Assembly (NCBI GenBank): GCA_021498095.1
Contig: JAIZWK010000001.1
Coordinates: forward strand, 3,960,001 to 3,992,000
Direction: 5' to 3'
Length of the DNA: 32,000 bases
DNA from: Candidatus Harpocratesius repetitus
Lineage (GTDB): Archaea > Asgardarchaeota > Lokiarchaeia > Sigyniarchaeales > Promethearchaeaceae
This document shows, piece by piece, positions 26,010 through 32,000 of the stretch. The notes under the pieces were generated by a model that saw only the letters and a list, made by a program, of their open reading frames with translations, searched no databases and was not told where the DNA came from. Made by a program: the position numbers and the translations under genes. Each line of letters begins with the position of its first letter. Position 1 is the first letter of the stretch.

Positions 26010-27377
26010 ATGCAACCAATAGAAGAAGGTGAAAGAGTTTATATTATTCTTGATCCTCGAAGAAAATGGATTCGATCTGTGAAATCTTCACAACAATTTC
26101 ATAGTGATAAAGGATTTCTCGAATATGAAGAAATAATTGGAAAATTACCTGGACAAACATTTTTACTAAAACCCTTTCATCGGAAAGTTGCAATATTGCG
26201 TCCACTAATAAGTGATTTTATTTTCCATATGAAACGTCAAAGTCAAATTATATATCCAGAAGATATTGGTTCTATTTTAATTTACGGGGGAGTTAACCCT
26301 AAATCAAAAATTCTTGAAGCTGGTACTGGAAGTGGAACAGTCACCAGTATTCTCGCTCATTTTTGTCAACCTAATGGTCATGTTTACAGTTTTGATATCC
26401 GTGAAACTGCACTTAATCAGGCAAAAAAAAATATTGAATTTATGGGTATGACTCACCAAACTACAGTGGATCTTGGAAACATTCTTGAAAATGACTATGA
26501 CTTTCAAAATATTAATTTTATTATGCTTGATTTAGCTACACCTTGGTTGGCAGTTCCAAAGGTCAAGAAATATCTCCACCCAACAAATGGGAGAATGTGT
26601 TTATTCAGCCCAACATTAGAACAAGTTAAAAAAAATATTAAAGCACTTTCAAGTGAGCATTTTTCATGGTATTGCACTTATGAATTATTAAAACGCTTTT
26701 ATCAAGTAAAACCTAATGCCACAAGACCAATTGGACGAATGGTTGGTCACACAGGATATCTTACATATGCTGCCTTTTATTCTTTGGACGATTCACTTCA
26801 TAACATAGGTTTTAATGACTTATACTCACCTGAAAATTTAGGAAACCTTTGTATTTACGCACAATTCACACAAAACCGGAGAATTTTAGTTGTTACTCAA
26901 AATCAATCTCCATTTAAGAAAATTTTAGAAAAAACACTTCAAAATCTTACGAATTTTACTTTTATTTTTGTATCTCAAGATACAGATGAAATATCTCAAT
27001 TAAATGAAATTGAATCTCAACAACTTTTTGATGTAATCTGTATTGATAATTGTTATTTTGAAAAATTATTCGAAAAATCGGCAGAATATCTTGAAAATGG
27101 TGGTGTATTCTGCGGAATTCATGAAAATATCGAAAAGGCGAAGGAATTCCATCTTGCCATGATTGAAGCTCACTATTACGATATCACAACATCTGAAATA
27201 ATCAAACGAGAAATTAGAATAAATGAAGTAGATAAAAAAACCACTACACATATCCTTTCAAATAAAGGTTTTTTAACACTTGGACGTAAAGTGCTAGATA
27301 AAATCGAAATTAAAGAAGGTGCACCAAAAACACCTGAAAATGTTGAAATGGTACTAGAAGTAGGAAGGAATCTTTAA
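26010..27377 (+). CDS. trmI: tRNA (adenine-N1) m1A57/58 methyltransferase TrmI, with a second degenerate MTase domain
   Basis: KRQSQIIYPEDIG, ILEAGTGSG, FDIRE, MLDLATPW, FSPTLEQV, VGHTGYL. Residues ~271-428 repeat the Rossmann domain without the SAM motif. Confidence 0.92.
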   Translation: MQPIEEGERVYIILDPRRKWIRSVKSSQQFHSDKGFLEYEEIIGKLPGQTFLLKPFHRKVAILRPLISDFIFHMKRQSQIIYPEDIGSILIYGGVNPKSKILEAGTGSGTVTSILAHFCQPNGHVYSFDIRETALNQAKKNIEFMGMTHQTTVDLGNILENDYDFQNINFIMLDLATPWLAVPKVKKYLHPTNGRMCLFSPTLEQVKKNIKALSSEHFSWYCTYELLKRFYQVKPNATRPIGRMVGHTGYLTYAAFYSLDDSLHNIGFNDLYSPENLGNLCIYAQFTQNRRILVVTQNQSPFKKILEKTLQNLTNFTFIFVSQDTDEISQLNEIESQQLFDVICIDNCYFEKLFEKSAEYLENGGVFCGIHENIEKAKEFHLAMIEAHYYDITTSEIIKREIRINEVDKKTTTHILSNKGFLTLGRKVLDKIEIKEGAPKTPENVEMVLEVGRNL

Positions 27378-27380
27378 AAA

Positions 27381-28034
27381 TTATAATATTTTTAATGGCA
27401 AATGCATTCTTAAATCCGCTACACTTGAAATTATTAAATCCGGCTTCAATTTTGAGAAATATTCAACCGAACGAGAAGAACATACAGCAATAGTTCTTGT
27501 TCCTGCAGCTATTCCAGCTATGATATCATATGGCGAATCGCCAATCATCACACAACGTGGAGCTGGCAGATTCAGTAAAGAAAGTGCTTTTTCAATCATT
27601 TCCGGATCAGGTTTAGCTTTCTTTATATCATCAATCCCAATATAACCAATTGATAAATCATTCCAATGATTCACTTCTATCATTTTAGCAATAACTCTAT
27701 TAAAATTGTTACTGACGAAAATGATTTTCCCATATTTTTTTGAAATTTCTTCTAAAATATCGTTTACACCTTCAAATACTGCAATTTTTTCAATTTCATT
27801 TAATAAAAAATCAGTTTTTACTTCAGTAATATGTTGTATTGTCGAATGGTCTACATTATTACCTGCTAAATTGCGACAAATTTGCGCAGTTTTCAAACCA
27901 AACTGGGATGTAATTTCTTCATCACTCTTAAATATACCATATTCACGCAATGCTCTTCGCCATGCTCTTAGATGAGCAATATTAGATTCTAAAAGAGTTC
28001 CATCAATATCAAAAATATATCCTTTTATCTCCAT
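27381..28034 (-). CDS. HAD-superfamily hydrolase (subfamily IA, phosphoglycolate phosphatase/beta-PGM-like)
   Basis: Motif I FDIDGTL, motif II VSN, motif III KKAKPDPE, motif IV MIGDSPYD. Confidence 0.93.
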   Translation of the reverse strand: MEIKGYIFDIDGTLLESNIAHLRAWRRALREYGIFKSDEEITSQFGLKTAQICRNLAGNNVDHSTIQHITEVKTDFLLNEIEKIAVFEGVNDILEEISKKYGKIIFVSNNFNRVIAKMIEVNHWNDLSIGYIGIDDIKKAKPDPEMIEKALSLLNLPAPRCVMIGDSPYDIIAGIAAGTRTIAVCSSRSVEYFSKLKPDLIISSVADLRMHLPLKIL

Positions 28035-28192
28035 TAATCTAGCTCCATGAAATATTATTTTCCATTCAATAAGAATTATTTAGATATTATTTCAACATAG
28101 AATGAAAAGATCGGAAACAATAATTTTCTCTATAAAAAAGTGGTAAAAAAAAGTTAGATTAAAAAAATGAGAAAAAGCGAAAAAAAAAAATT

Positions 28193-29659
28193 TTACTCAT
28201 CCATTGGAATCTCTAATTTATGTAATTTTTCTTTTAACAACTTAATTTCATCAATTCTTTCTCTCTTTCGCTTTTCATATTCTTCAAGATCTTCTGCTTT
28301 AATTTTAGTGAGTGAAATTCCACGGTTTATTGATTCCATTAGTTCGCTTATCACATCTAACTTATATTTTAATTGTGAAATCTCCTTCATTCGTTTTTCT
28401 TTTTCTTGCTTAAGTTGATTCATTTCTTCAGAATCAATTTGCTCCAGCATAGCACCATCTTTAACTTTTTTCATTAATTCATCCAAAACATTAAGATGGC
28501 TTGATAAATGTGCAATTTCTGCTTGACGACCTAATTTATTATATTCATGTTCTTGGATCTCTTTTATCGAAATACTTTGTAATTTAGGCATTGATTCAAT
28601 TTCCTTCATTAATTCTACGCTTAAATCCATTTTAGCAAGGATATTTCCTTTTAAGCGCTGAATTGCCTGTAAACGCTCGGCTTTATATTTTTCATATGCT
28701 TCTTTTTCAGCTGGATCTGGTGGAGTTAATTGCTTTTCTTGAATTTCTTGAAATAATTGAGGTATTTTTTCAATTTTTTCTTTTAAACCAGTAATCTCTT
28801 GGAATTTTTTTACTTTTTCTGGATCTAATCGATCGAAATAAGCTGAAGCAATCTCAAATTTTTCTAACAATTCATTTCTTATTTCTGTCCGCTGTTCATG
28901 AGAAACTTCAAGAGTTGATACAATATCATCTAATAATTTATCAGCCATCTCAATCTTAGATTTCAAATTTGAAATTTCATCTAAACGTTCTTGCCGATGG
29001 ATTTCATATTCTTTTTTTGCATTTTCATCGACTTTTTTTAAAATTGGAGGTGCAGCTTCAATCTCTTTTAAAAGTGAGCCAAAATTTTGAAGATGTTTTT
29101 CAGCTTCTTTAAGATCCTCAATTCTTTTCTTTTTAGCTTGTAAATATGCTTCTTGTTCTTGAGGATTTATTGGTGTTAAAGCATTTAATGGATTTTCAGA
29201 AATCTCATTTATAACATTTGAAAAATTCAGTAAATGCTTGTTTGCAATACGAATCATTCCTAAACGTCGATTTTTTTCTTGTTCATATTTTTCACGCTCT
29301 TTTTCATCAATAACTTTCAAAGATGTGCTATTTTGGATTTCTTTAATTAATTCCTTTGTCATATCTATTGTTTCACGTAATTTTTCAATAGATTTCAATC
29401 GTTTTTCCTTAGCTGCATTATAGATTTCTTTCTCTGTTTCAGGAATTGGAGATAGCTGGATTTGTGATTGTTGAAGTTCTTTAATTATTGATTGAGCATT
29501 ATCAAAAAGCCCTTTGAGTCTTTTTATTTCATTTTTTCGAGCTTGGCGCGCTTGTTCAACAGAATGAAGCTCTTGCTCATCAATTTTATGTAATTGTGAA
29601 CCTTCTTTAATTTCTTTTAAAAGTTTTTTCTGTTGTTCTTTTTTTTCTGGATCTTCCAT
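28193..29659 (-). CDS. Helical ~45-aa repeat protein with about ten WH2-like motifs
   Basis: ATG 29659 follows AGGTGA (the track's GTG 29671 is in the SD). Repeat consensus 'LlkEI....xL..Id..E...Ye..K..Rl..I..Lk..l'. Confidence 0.8.
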   Translation of the reverse strand: MEDPEKKEQQKKLLKEIKEGSQLHKIDEQELHSVEQARQARKNEIKRLKGLFDNAQSIIKELQQSQIQLSPIPETEKEIYNAAKEKRLKSIEKLRETIDMTKELIKEIQNSTSLKVIDEKEREKYEQEKNRRLGMIRIANKHLLNFSNVINEISENPLNALTPINPQEQEAYLQAKKKRIEDLKEAEKHLQNFGSLLKEIEAAPPILKKVDENAKKEYEIHRQERLDEISNLKSKIEMADKLLDDIVSTLEVSHEQRTEIRNELLEKFEIASAYFDRLDPEKVKKFQEITGLKEKIEKIPQLFQEIQEKQLTPPDPAEKEAYEKYKAERLQAIQRLKGNILAKMDLSVELMKEIESMPKLQSISIKEIQEHEYNKLGRQAEIAHLSSHLNVLDELMKKVKDGAMLEQIDSEEMNQLKQEKEKRMKEISQLKYKLDVISELMESINRGISLTKIKAEDLEEYEKRKRERIDEIKLLKEKLHKLEIPMDE

Positions 29660-29800
29660 TACGTTTCTCACCTTAAATTATATTTTAACAATCTTATTTC
29701 ATACATTTAATCATTTTGCCTTTGTTATTAATAAAATAAAAATATGAAAAGAAATCAACCATTAATAATCAACCACAGATAGAATGAAAATTATAGATGA

Positions 29801-30457
29801 TTAGTTACGAGGACCAAATATAGCGGTTCCAATCCTAACCATGGTTGCTCCCTTTTTGATTGCTTGTTGATAATCATGACTCATCCCCATACTTAGAGTA
29901 GTCAATTTGTATTGTTCTTTATAAGTTTCAAAAATTTCTCTCATTTGTTGAAAATATGAAGTAGGATCTTTATCTGCGGGAGGAATACACATAAAACCCT
30001 TAACTTCAATTCTAGAAAAATCTTTGCAATATTTAAGAAAATCTGATACTTCTTCAGGAAATATTCCACTTTTTTGAGGCTCCTTTCCTATATTCACTTG
30101 AATTAATACAGATATCTTTTTATCAAAAGATATACATGCATTTTGCATTTTTAAAACAATTTTCATACGATCTACAGATTGTACTTCATCAAAATGTGCA
30201 ATGATATCTTTTATTTTATTAGATTGAATGTGACCGATAAAATGCCATCGAATTTCCCTTAAATGTTTTAATGAAAGAATTTTTGGAATAGCATCTTGAA
30301 CATAATTTTCCCCAAAATCTCGTACACCCCATTTATAAGCAGCTTCAATATATTCTATGGGTTTCCTTTTAGATACAGCCACTAAAGTGATTCCAGGGGA
30401 AATTTTAATTTTATCTAAATTTGCTGCAATAAATTCAAGGTTCTCTATAGTGTTCAT
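29801..30457 (-). CDS. yggS: YggS/PLPBP family pyridoxal-phosphate homeostasis protein
   Basis: LVAVSK (PLP Lys), FGENYVQD, WHFIGHIQSNK, QVNIGKEPQKSG, LSMGMSHDY, GATMVRIGTAIFG. Confidence 0.96.
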   Translation of the reverse strand: MNTIENLEFIAANLDKIKISPGITLVAVSKRKPIEYIEAAYKWGVRDFGENYVQDAIPKILSLKHLREIRWHFIGHIQSNKIKDIIAHFDEVQSVDRMKIVLKMQNACISFDKKISVLIQVNIGKEPQKSGIFPEEVSDFLKYCKDFSRIEVKGFMCIPPADKDPTSYFQQMREIFETYKEQYKLTTLSMGMSHDYQQAIKKGATMVRIGTAIFGPRN

Positions 30458-30674
30458 GATAACATGACTCCTCTTTTTGATTCTAATACCGCTTTCAATA
30501 TATTAGTTATGTTAATTTCTTTAATATCCTATATTTCTTTACTAATGGATGATTAAATTTGAGTCTTATATAAAAACATTTAACTCCTGAAAAAGAAACT
30601 TTCGTCACTTTCATTATTTATCCTCACCAGAATCAAAAAAAATACTGATTTAATAAGTTGATAATGATAATCAT

Positions 30675-30692
30675 AGAGAAAAAGTTTAAAAT
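30675..30692 (+). promoter_or_regulatory. Possible BRE/TATA promoter of the thermosome gene
   Basis: A purine-rich GAGAAAAAG followed by TTTAAAA lies about 100 nt upstream of the ATG. Confidence 0.35.
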
Positions 30693-30785
30693 TTTTGATG
30701 ACTTAGACTTCCTCAGATCATCTATTTTAAATTCATAAATTACAGAGACCAGTAAGTCTCAAATTTAACAGATGAGGTAAAAATC

Positions 30786-32000
30786 ATGTCACAATTAGGT
30801 GGAGTCCCAATTTTAATTCTTAAAGAAGGTGCAGAACGCACTCGTGGGCAAGATGCTCGAGAAAAAAACATTCTCGCCATTCAAGCAGTAGCAGAAGCAG
30901 TTAAAACCACCCTAGGACCTCGAGGAATGGATAAAATGCTTGTGGATTCTTTAGGGGATATAACTGTTACAAATGATGGTGCTACCATTTTAGATAATTT
31001 AGAAGTGGAACACCCCGGGGCAAAAATGGCAGTGGCAATCTCAAAGACACAAGATGATAATGTTGGGGATGGAACAACATCCAGTGTAATAATTGCAGGA
31101 CATTTATTGACAGTTGCAAATGAACTAATGTCGCAAGGTATTCACCCCAGCATTGTTGCACGTGGATTTAATTTGGCAGGTAAAAAAGCAAGAGAAATCT
31201 TGAAAGAAATTGCAGAAAAAATTGATCCTGCAAAAGATAAAGAAATTTTAAAGAAAATAGCAACTACAACAATGAATTCAAAAGGAATTAGTGGTAATAA
31301 AGAATTCTTTGCAGATTTAGCTGTTGAAGCCTTTAATAAAATTAAAGATGATAAGAATGGAAACAATATGGCAAGAGTCAAAGATATCATCGTTGTAAAG
31401 AAAAAGGGACGTTCTATCCAAGAATCTGAAATTATTGAAGGTATTATTTTAGAAAAAGAGCCAACTCACCAAATGATGCCAAAATTAATCAATGATGCTA
31501 AAATAGCTTTGGTAAATCAAGCCTTTGAAATTAAGAAGACAGAATTTTCTAGCGATCTCCGAATTTCAAATCCAAATGACATTCAATCATTTTTAGATCA
31601 AGAAGAACAGATTTTACGCCACTTCGCAGATAAATTGAAAGAAGTAGGCGCTACTGTTGTGATTAATCAAAAAGGTATTGAAGATACTGCTTCTCACTTC
31701 CTTAACAAATATGGAATTGTGGCAGTAAAATCAGTAACCAAAAGTGATTTGGAAAAATTGAAGAAAGCAATCGGTGGTAAGATTGTAGAAAATATCGAAT
31801 CCATTACAGCAGATGATTTAGGAAAAGCTAAGAAAGTAGAATTTAAGAAAATTGCCGGGGACGATTTGTGCTTCATTTCTGGATGTGAAAATCCAAAAGC
31901 AATTTCTATATTACTACGAGCAGGTGTTAACAGCGCATTAGAAGAAGCAGAACGAACATTACATGATGCACTTTGTGTAGTAGCAAGTACGTATGATCGT
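30786..32000 (+). CDS. ths: Thermosome (group II chaperonin) subunit; 3' end runs off the window
   Basis: Hand translation (not in the ORF track), ATG 30786 after GAGGT: MSQLGGVPILILKEG...KTTLGPRGMDKMLVDSLGDITVTNDGATIL...EHPGAKM...VGDGTTS...EEAERTLHDALCVV. 405 codons open to the edge. Confidence 0.97.
   Translation, partial: MSQLGGVPILILKEGAERTRGQDAREKNILAIQAVAEAVKTTLGPRGMDKMLVDSLGDITVTNDGATILDNLEVEHPGAKMAVAISKTQDDNVGDGTTSSVIIAGHLLTVANELMSQGIHPSIVARGFNLAGKKAREILKEIAEKIDPAKDKEILKKIATTTMNSKGISGNKEFFADLAVEAFNKIKDDKNGNNMARVKDIIVVKKKGRSIQESEIIEGIILEKEPTHQMMPKLINDAKIALVNQAFEIKKTEFSSDLRISNPNDIQSFLDQEEQILRHFADKLKEVGATVVINQKGIEDTASHFLNKYGIVAVKSVTKSDLEKLKKAIGGKIVENIESITADDLGKAKKVEFKKIAGDDLCFISGCENPKAISILLRAGVNSALEEAERTLHDALCVVASTYDR

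Noticed and set aside
28193-29659. RPEL or nebulin identity for the 45-aa repeat
   Set aside because: No RPxxxEL or SDxxYK motif is present. Only the spacing is reminiscent, and the WH2 pattern fits better.
30745-30760. GAGAC-N6-GTCTC hairpin upstream of the thermosome gene as a heat-shock operator
   Set aside because: 5-bp arms occur by chance, and it matches no operator I can name.
19339-31876. Remaining 60-144 aa track ORFs overlapping longer genes (for example 20598-21032, 27706-27975, 28167-28418, 31142-31390, 31694-31876)
   Set aside because: All overlap better-supported genes on the opposite strand or in another frame and show no recognisable motifs.

Overview
AT-rich (about 30% GC by eye) archaeal chromosome segment. 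The archaeal-type rpl18e/rpl13/rps9/rpoD, the thermosome, an atypical small GTPase, a tubby/scramblase-like protein and long charged-helix repeat proteins suggest an Asgard archaeon, probably Lokiarchaeia-like (inference). From left to right: a truncated phosphohexomutase-like gene lacking its catalytic residues, a large GH13 alpha-amylase-family gene, a UPF0182 membrane protein, a small wHTH-like gene, a 2417-aa protein of 127-aa tandem modules, an RHH regulator with a repeat-rich divergent promoter, a decayed DDE transposase, two hypothetical genes, an atypical small GTPase, a LURP/tubby-like protein, rpl18e-rpl13-rps9-rpoD in non-canonical order, a COG1340-like coiled-coil protein, TrmI with a second degenerate MTase domain, a HAD hydrolase, a ~45-aa-repeat protein with about ten WH2-like motifs, YggS and a truncated thermosome subunit. 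No rRNA, tRNA or CRISPR array was seen. The best leads are the tandem WH2-like candidate actin-binding protein (28193-29659), the TrmI fusion resembling Trm61+Trm6, the hierarchically amplifying 381-bp repeat gene, and the unknown-protein/GTPase pair. All assignments are by-eye motif recognition; no searches were run.
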